DNA of 64,000 nt. Source: Basidiobolus meristosporus CBS 931.73. Taxonomy: Eukaryota; Fungi; Basidiobolomycota. The position numbers were made by a program, and so were the translations under genes. Location of the stretch: NCBI GenBank assembly GCA_002104905.1, contig MCFE01000278.1, positions 40,840 to 104,839 on the forward strand, given 5' to 3'. Positions 1-11,244 of this stretch are shown piece by piece. The notes under the pieces were generated by a model, which was not told the origin of the DNA, made no database searches, and saw only the letters and a list, made by a program, of their open reading frames with translations. The stretch's first letter is position 1. Every line of letters starts with the position of its first letter.

Positions 1-2553
1 CCAGCATGTGTTAACAGTTGCATGGCATTCACATCCAAAAATGCAACCATTGCAATGTGTCCAAATTGTCAGGAATCCACCATCATTGAGGGAAACATTG
101 TTACACTCCGGATATATTCCAGTCATATCCTGTCTGAGGAAGCTGATGCAGTCCAACAAATATTGCAAAGCTGTACAGTACCACACTCAGTAACAATCAA
201 GTGCAAACATATCCAATATATTTGATGGGAAACATTACAAACAGCTAAGAAGCAAGGGCTACTTTGAAGGTATGTATGACCATGCCTTTGCTTTAGCACT
301 TGATGGATTCTCATTAAACAAGTACTCTACCAGCAAATCCTGCTGACCACTAATTATCATCAATCTGAATCTGCCGCCCATCATACAGTATCAGAGCAAT
401 AATCTGATGGTAGTCTCACTGGTATCTGGGCCAAAATCCCTGTCTAACCTGGATAGCTACCAGTATCCATTGCTGGATGAGTTTTGTATGCTTTCCAGCG
501 GGATAATGGTAAATGGCCATTATGTAAAAGCAGATATTATTATCTGCATTGGGGATACCCCAGCCATCAGCAAGATAGCAGGTTTTTCCAGGCACAATAG
601 ACGGTATTGCTGTCAAATGTGTGAGATCCAGGGGATTTACTCTAAAACTCACACACATTATTATTACTCAAACACCAGCACTAAGAACATCATCTCTCCA
701 CAGAGAGAATATACAGAAGTAAGCATGCAATTGCAACAATGTTGGCAAGCTATTAGCCATTGGCTGGAATATGGGATCAATTGGAAACTGGAGATACTTA
801 AGATACAGGGTATATGTTGAAGCAAAAGCTTTCCACTGGGAGCAATGCATTTGCGTTTCAACAATATCCCTATACTAATGACCAAGTTGTACATGGGGCA
901 TTTCAAGCTAAATGAGTCCTTTGAGATACCGCAAAAATTTGAAAGAATGGCAAGATATTACAGAGTATATGCTACCCTAAGTACTTTTCATGTGCTCCAA
1001 TTAATATTCATATGCATGTGCAACAATACAAATGCAAAGGCTGGATGAACTGGATATGTATTTATTCAAGTAGTGTTCTGAAGCTATTCCTACCAAGAGT
1101 ACACTGGAAGCATTGGGAGTCATATGTGGACATTGTAGGAAAATTTATCCACAAGCGGATCACAAATGCCAACTTGACACATCTACAGCTGTTGTGTGAG
1201 GAGTTTGTAATGGGATTTGAGCGGCTATACTACAAACATAAAGCTGAACATGTAGATCTCTGCCGCTACTGCATCCATTCTCTACTCCATCTTGCATGGT
1301 GTGTGGAGAATATTGGGCCTTGCTCCACCTTTTTGGGAGTTTCCTATGGAGCAGATGTGTGGGGAGATAGGAAGACAAGTCAAGTTGCAGATATTACCAT
1401 ATCCCAATCTCATCAAGAATATTACCTTCAAGTCCGTCATGGATGTGATGAGTTGGTACATAGAAGACAGCCAGAAACTGTTGGAAAATACTGAGGACAA
1501 ATGTACATATGGAGACACCTATGCCTATAGTATTAAGAAGCTTAGCAGCCCCAATGCATGGGTAATCAGTTAAGTAATGCCAAGTTGGGTTGTGTGCAAC
1601 AAGTAACTAATTTTTATCAGGAAAACTCCACCACAATATTGCCGGATTTATTGTGGTCACAAGCCAACTTCTACACCATTCAATATGGAATTCGCACAAA
1701 CAAAAGCCAGAACACAGCCACAAGGGGGACTAGAGTCCAGCAGGGAGGAAGAATATATTGGCCAAATACCAAGAAGTTCTTTGCAGATATTCCGGAGGTA
1801 TTCATGGCTGAAATGGCAACAACCAACCATATGTTTGCAAGATGTATATGTTACCAGCAGTACAGGGTATATGGCAACTTTGCAAGTATCACACTACAAA
1901 GCTGTAAAGTTGAGGTGATAGATGTATGTCAATTACAGCAGGTGTGCATGTTTGTAGAGGTCAGGAAGCAACAGGCCATAGTTCTGTTTGATTCAAACTA
2001 TATGTGGAATACTCAAAATAGTAGTGGGTAAGCAAATAAAGAAAGGTGACTCTACAGTGGAATACATGAATTGCACAAGGGGAGGTAGAAAAAGGAAACA
2101 CCATTTGGTAAATTGGTACGGTAGCATTATACAGAACCATTGGTAGGCCGTCATACTGCAAATATAATGCCATCAGAGTCTTACTGTGAGGCCATCACAC
2201 TGCCAAAATAATGCCATCAGAGTCTTGCTGTGAGGCCGTCAAAATATCATCAAGTCTCTTGCCATATAAGGCAATTAAATGTCCTGGCCAACTGGATTTA
2301 CTTGAAAAAGTTATAGAGAGCTGAAAGACCGCAACAATACCATGCAAATATTGTTACAGCACCAATAAAATATTGTCAAGTTTTATCCCTTTATTTGGCT
2401 GTAAAATTAGCAAAACACCCTCATGATCTTGTGATAAGTTCATTAGGAGGGTCACTAATTCCAAGCTGCTGCTATTATGATGGTCTCTAAACAGGATATT
2501 GATGGCAGATCCGGATCAGATTCACTTGTGAGACCAATTTATTTTTTATAGGG
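1..2553 (+). mobile_element. CACTA/EnSpm-like DNA transposon copy A (left end outside window)
   Basis: Broken transposase frames 8-2031. The subterminal sequence and terminus ...TTTTTATAGGG (2553) match the ends of the copies at 34667 and 47659. The sequence right after 2553 is internal transposase of an opposite-strand copy, so A is nested in it. Confidence 0.85.
8..2031 (+). pseudogene. Transposase_21 (tnp2)-type transposase, frameshifted and with stops
   Basis: Motifs YIPVI..LRKLMQS, SCxPLIIINLNLPP, SGPKSLSNLDSY, DTPAISKIAGFSRHN..CCQMCEIQG and HSLLHL...ENIGP..FWEFPMEQMCG typical of fungal tnp2/CACTA transposases, spread over ORFs 8-193, 407-820, 1012-1494, 1292-1573 and 1558-2031. Confidence 0.8.
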
Positions 2554-3878
2554 ATTCTTGATAAGACTGGGATATTGTAGAACCTGCAACTGGACTTCTC
2601 TTCCTACCTCCCCAGACATCTGCTCCATAGGAAATTCCCAAAAGGTGAAGTAAGGTTCAATATTCTCAACACACCCAGCAAGATGGAGTAGAGAATGGAT
2701 ATAATAGCCGCAGTGATCTACACCTTCAGCTTTATGCTTATAGTATAGCCAATTGAGTTCTGTTGCAATTCTTTGCACAATAGCTGTAAGTGTCAAGTTG
2801 GCATTGGTGATCTGCTTCTGCATAAATATTCCAATAATGCCCACATATGACTCCCAATGCTTTCAATATACTCTTGGTAGAGATGACTTTGGAAGGCCAC
2901 TTGAATAAATACATATCCAGTTCATCCAGTCCATGAACTTGTATTGTTGCACTTATATTTATATATAATGTTTATGAATGTTGATTAAAGATTGTGAGAA
3001 GTACTTTTGGTAGCAGATACTCTGTAATATCTTGCCAATTCTTTCAGATTTCTCCAGTATTGCAAGGGACTCATTTTGCTTGAAATGCCCTACTTACAAC
3101 TTGGTTATCAGTATTGTGATATTGTTGAAAAGCCAATGCATTACTCCAGTGAAAAGCTTTTGATCCTACAGATACCATTTATCTTAAGTGTCTCCAGTTT
3201 CTAATTATTTCCACATTCTGGCTGATGGCTTATAGCTTGCCAAATTAGATGTAATTGCTTGCAGACTTCTGTATGTTCTTGCTATAGAAAGACAATGTTC
3301 TTAGTGTTGGTGTTTGGGTAATAATAATGTGTGTGAGTTATGAAGCAAGTCCCCTGGATCTCACATATTCAACAGCAATATTATCCATTGTGCCCAAAAA
3401 AGCCAGCTATCTTGCTGATGGCTGGGGTATCTCCAATGCAGATAACAATATACACTTTGACTTGATAGCCATTTACCATTATCCTGCTGGAAAGCATAGA
3501 AAATTCATTCAGCATTGGATACAGGCAGTTATCCAGGTTGGATGTATTGTGTGGTTTTATGAGTAGATTGGGGCTTGTTCTACAATGTAGAGGCTAACCA
3601 ACATTATACAACAACCTCCAATATGCTAATATTGAAATAGCTTATTGGGAGCCTCACTTTTATTTTCAACTGGGGAAGTCATATATCTGAAAATTCTGAA
3701 GGATCAAAGTTTTTGCGCAATTGAGCAAGCAATACACATGACACAAAGCTAAAAACTTGCAGTGGTGTAGATCAGACATAGGCTTGCACTTGTAAAAGAC
3801 ATTGCATGATTTGACTGGCTGGTTCAGATGTTACATGCAATCAAAGTCACCAAAGTAATTCTAGCAATAGAGGCCTAG

Positions 3879-4399
3879 TGTCATGATCACATGACAACCA
3901 TGAACACCCATGCCAAGTCTCAGCTTCCTAGCTCAATTTCTAAGAGATTCCTTGTGGAACCTTCTACTACCTTCCAGAAAGTTCCTGACCCTTCCAAACC
4001 ACTGTTACACAATGGAACATTCCATGGAAGCTTCCCATTGTATTTTTCATAGTCCAGTACCATATATGGAAGTACCAGGCCACATGACTTGGTCACATGA
4101 ACAGGTGACCTAATCCACTTCCCCATCCTGTCTCAGTGCCGTGTCATCTATGTCATTTTCCCCAGCACCATTGCTGTGCCTCACCCCACAACCCCATTAG
4201 TATTAGCCAATATCTCTTGGCATCAGTATAACCAAAAAGTATATATAGTCCTATCCCCCCTTAGGTATTCCTCAGTCTAATAAACACAGGTCTTGAATAA
4301 ACAGCCTTGCCTTGAATCCTGCCTTGCCTTGATGGTCCACACCTAAGTCCTTTCCTGCCATGCCTAGCTTTTCCTCCTGCCTTGTGTCTATTCATAACA
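3879..4399 (+). repeat. 5' LTR, family 1
   Basis: Direct repeat of 9046-9566. TATATATA at 4240-4247. Confidence 0.97.
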
Positions 4400-4401
4400 G
4401 T

Positions 4402-4412
4402 TTTATCAGATT
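4402..4412 (+). promoter_or_regulatory. Non-tRNA (self-priming type) primer binding site
   Basis: TTTATCAGATT, 2 nt after the LTR. No TGG tRNA-type PBS. Complementary (11 bp with one G-U) to AGTCTGATAAA in the LTR R region (9441-9451), ~27 nt downstream of the TATA box. Confidence 0.7.
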
Positions 4413-4805
4413 CTCCTGACTTACCTGTGGATCCCTGCCTTCTGCCCAAAGTTTGAAGAAAACTTGTAAAAGGAATACTCACCGTAAGTATCACCCATCA
4501 TCTTTCCCTAGTCTTGTCCTACAAAGGCAAAGATACTATATCTTTGTAAAACTATTGGTCAAAGCTGCATTCACTTTATTACCCTGCTGGTGGAGTTTAC
4601 AGTTGTTACAGTATTGGAAGCTTTAGTACAATACTCTATCAACGGACGTTGAAACCAGTACCTTCTGAAGTGACGCTAACTTATTTAAGTTGGGGATTGT
4701 GCCTCAATAGTTGTATTCTTGACATACTAGTGGCTTTACAAACCCACTATCTAGTTTAGTATATCCCAGTATTCCTTGCAAGCTCATCTGCCTTCCTCTG
4801 CTACC

Positions 4806-5738
4806 ATGTCCAACCTAGAGCTGAACTTTGCCCAGCTCATGGCTGCCTTTACCCAACTGCAGCAAGACCATGCAGACCTCAGAAACACTCTTGCTCAGTT
4901 CCAGAACCAAAGTGTCCAGCAAACTAGCCATGTCCCAGTCCACCAAGAGCCCAAGTATACTCCTGCTACCAAGTTCAATGGCTCTCAGAATGAACTCCAT
5001 GGCTTCATCAACATGGTGAAGAACAATCTTGCACTCCAGCCCAACCGGTACCCCACTGAGCAGGCCAAAGTTGGTTTCATCGCCAACCTGCTTACTGGTA
5101 CAGCTCTCAAGTGGTTCTCCCCATTAGGGGAGACCAACTCTCCCCTCCTCAGAGACTACCAAGCTTTTCTCACTGAAATGGAGCTAACATTTGGTAACCT
5201 TGACCAAGCCAGAACTGCTGCCAACAAGATCAAGACCCTCAAGCAAGGGAACAAACCAGCATGAGTCTATGCCTCAGAATTCCAACAACTCTCCAGTGAC
5301 CTCAGCTCCTGGGGTCAAGCAGCCTTGATTAGCCAATTCCAAGATGGCTTCAATGATGAAGTTTGTGTTCTGCTACTCACACTCCCAGATCCAGATACAT
5401 TGGTTGAAGCTATGCACCAAGCAATCCGGTGTGATAACAGACTATTCCAGAAGAAGCAAAAGAACTGTCAAAGACACATTCCTGTTGCAGTCCCAGCCCC
5501 TCCTGCTCCCCAAGTCACTCCAGAAGATCCTATGCAGATTGATAGTGCCAAATACAAGAAACTATCAAAGAGTGAAAAGTCCAGACATCAACAAGCCAAC
5601 CTCTGTCTATACTGTGGCCAACCAGGTCACTTTGCCAAGTCCTGCCCCAACAAGAAGTCCAGCTTCAAGCTGATGCAGTCCTCCAGCAACTAACCTGATT
5701 CAGATCTGTTGGGAAACTCCAATGTCCAGTTGCACTGA
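4806..5738 (+). pseudogene. gag: Gag with CCHC zinc knuckle, two premature stops
   Basis: Retrotransposon gag motifs (KFNG....GFI, LTGTALKWF, LKQG) and knuckle CLYCGQPGHFAKSCP. TGA at 5262 and TAA at 5691 are in frame and consistent with CGA/CAA C>T changes. Confidence 0.9.
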
Positions 5739-5755
5739 CAGGTTTGCAACTGGAC
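5711..5755 (+). promoter_or_regulatory. -1 programmed ribosomal frameshift signal (G GGA AAC plus stem-loop)
   Basis: Heptamer 5711-5717 in gag phase, 6 nt spacer, then a perfect 11 bp stem GTCCAGTTGCA (5724-5734) / TGCAACTGGAC (5745-5755). pol lies in the -1 frame. Confidence 0.85.
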
Positions 5756-8700
5756 CCACCCATGAAAATCCAGCATATCCAAGAATCTTCCTTTGCCACA
5801 AAATCTATCCAGTCCTTGAGAATACCTGTTAAAATCCAGATCCCTGACTCCAGTCCTGTCCCAGCCCTAGCGCTGATTGAATCCAATGCTTCATCCTGTC
5901 TCATTGACCAAGCCTTTGTCCAGAAACACTCTATTCCTGTTACCTTGAAATCCTGTCCAGTCCAAGTAGAAGTTATTGATGGAAGATCACTCTCCTCTGG
6001 TGCTGTTACCCATGAAACATGCTTACTCCAGCTTTCCAGTACTGCCCACCAAGAAAGAATAGCCTTCAACATCATCAACTCACCACACTATCCTATTATG
6101 CTTGGACGCTTATGGTAGAGCTACCACAATCCAAGTACTGATTAGAAATCCAAGATCCTGTCATTCACCAGATCCCACCAAGTCAACTCCATAAAATCTC
6201 CAGACCCTGATAACTGTGAAAAGACGGTTGGCAACAGTTCAACAGCCCAAGATACCTTGCCAGCTGAAGGAGCCCCCTCAGCAACTATACCAGCCAAGTA
6301 CCAAGAGTTTGCCCCTGTCTTTGACAAGAAGAAAGCAGAACTCCTCCCTGACCATTGGCCTTATGACTGCCCTATTGACCGTGACCGTGGAAAAGTCCCT
6401 CCATTTGGCCCAATATACAACCTCTCCCAGCCGGAGTTGAAAGAACTCCATGGTTATATTGAAGAAAACCTCCAGAAGGGTTTTATTCAGCACTCCAAAT
6501 CACCTGCTGGAGCCCCAATCCTCTTTGTCAAGAAGAAGGATGGCACACTCAGAATGTGTGTGGACTACTGTGCTTTGAATAAGATCACAGTCAAGAACCG
6601 CTACCCCCTGCCCCTGATCAACACACTGTTGGATCAGCTATATGTTGCCCAAGTCTTCACCAAGATTGACTTGCAAGGAGCTTACAATCTTGTCAGAATC
6701 AAGCCCGGTTATGAATGGAAAACTGCCTTTTGCACAAGATATGGTCACTTTGAGTACAAAGTAAAGCCATTTGGCCTCACCAATTCCCCTGCTGTGTTTC
6801 AACACCTCATGAATGACATATTCCGTGAATACCTTGACCAGTTTGTGGTAATCTACCTTGATGATATTCTCATATACTTCAAGAGCCAAGATGAACATGA
6901 TGAACATGTCAAGAAAGTATTGAGAAAACTAGACTCTGCTGGTCTCTATGCCAAGCAAGAGAAGTGTGAATTTGACCAGAGAGAAGTGAAATTTCTTGGT
7001 TACCTCATTGGCCCTGAGGGAACAAGAATGGATCCAAAGAAAGTTGACTCAGTCCAATCCTGGAAAACTCCAAGCTCAGTCAAGGAAGTACAATCCTTCC
7101 TGGGATTTGCCAACTTCTATTGCAGGTTCATAGCCAACTACTCCAAGATAGTCACCCCTCTGACAAAGCTTACCCAGAAGAACACACCTTTTGCCTGTAA
7201 TGAGGAGCAATCCAGCTCATTCAACCAACTCAAGAAATCTTTCCTGAAGGCCCCCCTGCTTGCCCACCCTGACCTTGAGAAGCAATTCATAGTGGAGACT
7301 GATGCTTCTGATTTTGCCCTTGGTGCCATACTCTCCCAGTATGATGAGGACAATGTGTTGCACCCCATTGCAATCTACTCTTGGAAGTTTTCCCCTGCAG
7401 AGATCAACTATGATATCTATGATAGGAGTTGCTTGCCATCATTGTAGCCTTTGAGCAATGGAGACACTACCTGGATGGTGCAAAACACAAAATCAAAGTC
7501 TTCTGTGACCATAAGAACCTTGAGTACTTTGCAACTTCCAAAGTACTAAACCGGAGACAAGCCAGATGGTCACTCTTCCTGTCTACCTTTGACTTTACTA
7601 TCACCTATAGACCTGGTGCAAAGCAAGGAAAGCCTGATGCCCTGTTCAGAAAAAAGGAATATGCCCTGGAAGAGGGAGATGATGCCTGTTGGCAAATGGA
7701 ACACCCATTGCTGAGCAAGAAACATTTTGAGATTCTTGCCACCCAGTCCTCAAGTCTTGTCATCCCTTCATTCCTACTAAGGATATCAGCCAAAACCTTG
7801 AATGCTATCAAAAGAGATTTCTGGTGGCCTAGAATGATAACTCTTATCAAAGAGTACATTCTGACTTGTGATATTTGCAACTGTGCAAAACCAGCTAGAC
7901 ACCAGCCCTATGGACTTCTTCAGCCCTTGCCTATCCCAGAACACCAACGGGGATCTATATCTATAGACTTCATTGCTGACCTCCCAGAGTCCTGTGGCTT
8001 CAATGCTATACTTGTAGTGGCTGACTGGCTGACCAAGATGGCTCACTTTATCCCTTGCTGTAAGAACACTGATGCAAAAGAAACCACTGTGTTAGTCCTG
8101 AAGAATATTTTCTGCCTTCATGGTATCCCCAGTGATATTGCGTCAGATAGAGGCCCACAGTTTGTGTCCAAGTTTTGGAAACACTTCATGCAATACCTTA
8201 GTGTTCAAGTCAAGCTCTCTACTGCCTTCTATCCACAGACTGATGGCCAGACTGAAAGAATCAACCAGATTCTAGAGCAATACCTCTGGTGCTATATCAA
8301 TTACCAGCAAGAAAATTGGGTTGATCTACTACCTGTTGCTGAGTTAGCCTACAACAACTCAAGCCATAGTGCAACCGGTTTTACACCATTCTATGCAAAC
8401 TATGGATTCCACCCTCAGTTTGATATCCAGATTCCAACAAACCCAATGAGCCCACATGCGGCTGAAGATGCCCAAGCAGTCCAGGACATCCAGAATACCC
8501 TCAAGGAAGAACTATCCTTAGCTCAGGAAAGCTACAAGATATTTGCCAATCTAAAACGGCATCCCAGCCCTGATCTTAATGAAGGAGATTTTGTATGGCT
8601 GCTCAGAAGAAACATCAGCACCAACCGCCCTTGTGACAAATTGGATTTCAAGAAACTTGATCCTGAAAGGATCTAGAAGAAGCTTAGCCCTATAGTATAT

Positions 8701-9045
8701 CAGCTACAGTTACCAGCAAGTATGAAAATCCATGATACTTTCCATGTGTCCCTCCTGGAGCCGTATTGTAGGAACACCTTGCCAAACTGGCAAGAAGCAA
8801 AGCCCCAAGCTATCCAGGTTGACCAACATCAAGAATTTGAAGTTAAACAGATTCTAGACTCCAAGTATATCCGGTCAAAGCTGTACTACTTAGTAGACTG
8901 GATTGGTTATGGTCCAAGTGACCAAACATGGGAACTAGCTACCCATCTCACTAATTGTCAAGAACTAGTTACCCAGTTCCACCAGCAATATCCTGCAAAA
9001 CCTGCCCCAAAGGGAAACAGAGCTTTGCCTGGAAAAGGAGAATAG
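5717..9045 (+). pseudogene. pol: Pol polyprotein (protease, RT, RNase H, integrase, chromodomain), disrupted
   Basis: LIESNASSCLID protease site, YLDDILI RT motif, ETDASDFALGAILSQ RNase H, integrase core SDRGPQFVSKFW, chromodomain FEVKQILDSK...YYLVDWIGYG. Stops at 6116, 6142 and 8674, a 1 nt deletion near 7425, and a deletion removing the HH of the integrase zinc finger. Confidence 0.93.
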
Positions 9046-9566
9046 TGTCATGATCACATGACAACCATGAACACCCATGCCAAGCTTCAGCTTCCTAGCT
9101 CAATTTCTAAGAGATTCCTTCTGGAACCTTCTACTACCTTCCAAAAAGTTCCTGACCCTTCCAAACCACTGTTACACAATGGAACATTCCATGGAAGCTT
9201 CCCATTGCACTTTTCATAGTCCAGTACCATATATGGAAATACCAGGCCACATGACTTGGTCACCTGATCAGGTGACCTAATCCACTTCCCCATCCTGTCT
9301 CAGTGCTGTGTCATCTATGTCATTTTCCCCAGCACCATTGCTGTACCTCACCCCACAACCCTGTTAGTATTAGCCAATATCTCTTGGCATCAGTATAATC
9401 AAAAAGTATATATAGTCCTATCCCCCCTTAGGTATTCCTCAGTCTGATAAACACAGGTCTTGAATAAACTGCCTTGCCTTGAATCCTGCCTTGCCTTGAT
9501 GGTCCACACCTAAGTCCTTTCCTGCCATGCCTAGCTTTTCCTCCTGCCTTGTGTCTATTCATAACA
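9046..9566 (+). repeat. 3' LTR, family 1
   Basis: Direct repeat of 3879-4399, followed by TSD CCTAG. Confidence 0.97.
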
Positions 9567-11244
9567 CCTAGTTTATAAGATAATTTGACTCTTCTGATCA
9601 TAACTCCTTAAGTACTGCTTCAAGTGTGCTGTAATTTGCAATATTTGTTGGCTACTGAGTGTTCTGCATGATGTAATATTCTTTGGTGGATTCCTTGTCT
9701 GGGTATGAAGCATGCGTCCTTAAAGTTGGAAATTCTTGATCTCTCACATGTGTGTATAATAGCAAAAAGCAAAATAAAGAAATGAGTGCAATATTTGTTT
9801 TGAGATATGTAGTAATTGAACACTTTCCCTTACAACAAATGGTGATTTAGGCCTGGATACCAGTGGGACTAGCATCAGATATCAGTTCTGATACCGTAAG
9901 ATAGGCAACATATTTTGGTTGACAAGAATCAGTGGCCAGCAGGATTTGCTGGTAGAGTACTTGCCTAATGTTAGTGCATCAAGTGGCAAGGCAAAGGCAT
10001 GGTTATACCTGCCTTCAAAGAAGCCCTTGATTCTTAGCTGTTTGTAATGTTTGCAATCAAATATACTGGATATGTTTGCCCTTGATTGAAACTGAGTGCA
10101 GTTCTTTATAGCTTCACAATATTTTTTGGACTGCATGAGCTTCTTTAGCCAGGGTACCACTGGAATATATCTGGTGTGTGAACAATGTCTCTCCCAATTG
10201 TGATGAATTTCTGACAAGTTGGACACCTTGCAATGATGGAATTCCTGTTGTGAATGCCTTGCAACAGTTAGCACATACTGGTATCAGGACAGTCTCTAGG
10301 TCATATGTTGCCAGCTACATGACAGTTATCCATTTATGCTATCTATATGGTAAGTAGCATCCCTAGATAATTTAGGCAAGAAAAAGTAGTAGAACCTTGA
10401 AGCCCCCATTACTGATATTGGTGAAAACATGCCAGTTCTTTAGCTGCAATGTCACATCATTAACCAGTAGAGGAATTGTTGGACTCACCTGAGTGCATAA
10501 AGTGTTCTTGGCATTTTCTTTGGGTATTGTCTCATTGCACAATGGGATTTTGCTGGGCTCATGCAGGGTACTGTTGTAGAGAGAGAAAGGCTCACAATGA
10601 ATCAGTGAGCCTGCTTCTTCAGAGCTATCACTCTGCAGGCAATATTCAAAAGGCTGGGGTGAGCCTATAGGCATCACAAACCCACCGGCCTCAGTTTGAG
10701 CAAGGTGACAGTGCAGCTAAGCACCATTCTAGAAGTATCAAGTGGCTGGCAAGATACTGTTGGTATAGTAGAGACTGGCTTATGGTCAATCATGACTTGT
10801 GTGCTAATGCACTGCTCATGATCCTTGTAGTTCTTTCTATGCAGACTTCTTCTTCATGGCTGAGAGGCTTGTCACAATAGGCACATGGTCTTTCTTCTCT
10901 TCTCTACATCATTGAATCAATGTATTCTTCTCTATGGGCAAACAGTTTGATATTCATCAACATAATATTATTATATCACCTTTTTGTCAATACTCATATG
11001 AATTTGGATAGTCTTGTATATGAGACAATGCACCTATATGAATGTAAGAGTCAATGATGACCTGCCATGATAAGCATTACAAATAAAGTTGTGGCCCCTC
11101 ATACACATTTCTATGTAACATAATTTCCCCTTTGGTTTGGCTCACTGCCATACATATACCACTTGAAATAAAGCAAAGTTACCTGGTTCCCCACCAAACA
11201 CCACCTCTGACAGTAGCAGAAGAACAGTTGGGCAACAGCTTGCA

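Larger units (their letters stand above)
3879..9566 (+). mobile_element. Full-length Ty3/Gypsy chromovirus-type LTR retrotransposon (family 1), inactive
   Basis: 521 bp LTRs 3879-4399 and 9046-9566 (TG..CA, 16 differences). 5 bp TSD CCTAG at 3874-3878 and 9567-9571. PPT GGAAAAGGAGAATAG at 9031-9045. Order gag, PR, RT, RH, IN, chromodomain. Confidence 0.97.
3545..9837 (+). mobile_element. Putative ~600 bp solo LTR (family 5), later split by the Ty3 element
   Basis: Begins TATTG (TGTTG with G>A) and ends CAACA, flanked by GATG/AATG. Removing it restores CACTA transposase sequence CCAGGTTGGATGGTGATTTAGG. TATA-like and AATAAA motifs at ~9755-9780. Confidence 0.5.

Noticed and set aside
2164-2237. 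30 bp direct repeat with 44 bp period in the subterminal region of copy A
   Set aside because: Present once in the other copies, so a local duplication rather than a functional repeat array.
5665-6078. Long antisense ORFs over TE genes (also 29261-29689, 43573-43998, 44607-44900, 58218-58580, 60885-61259)
   Set aside because: Shadow frames of real coding sequence on the opposite strand, with no recognisable motifs.
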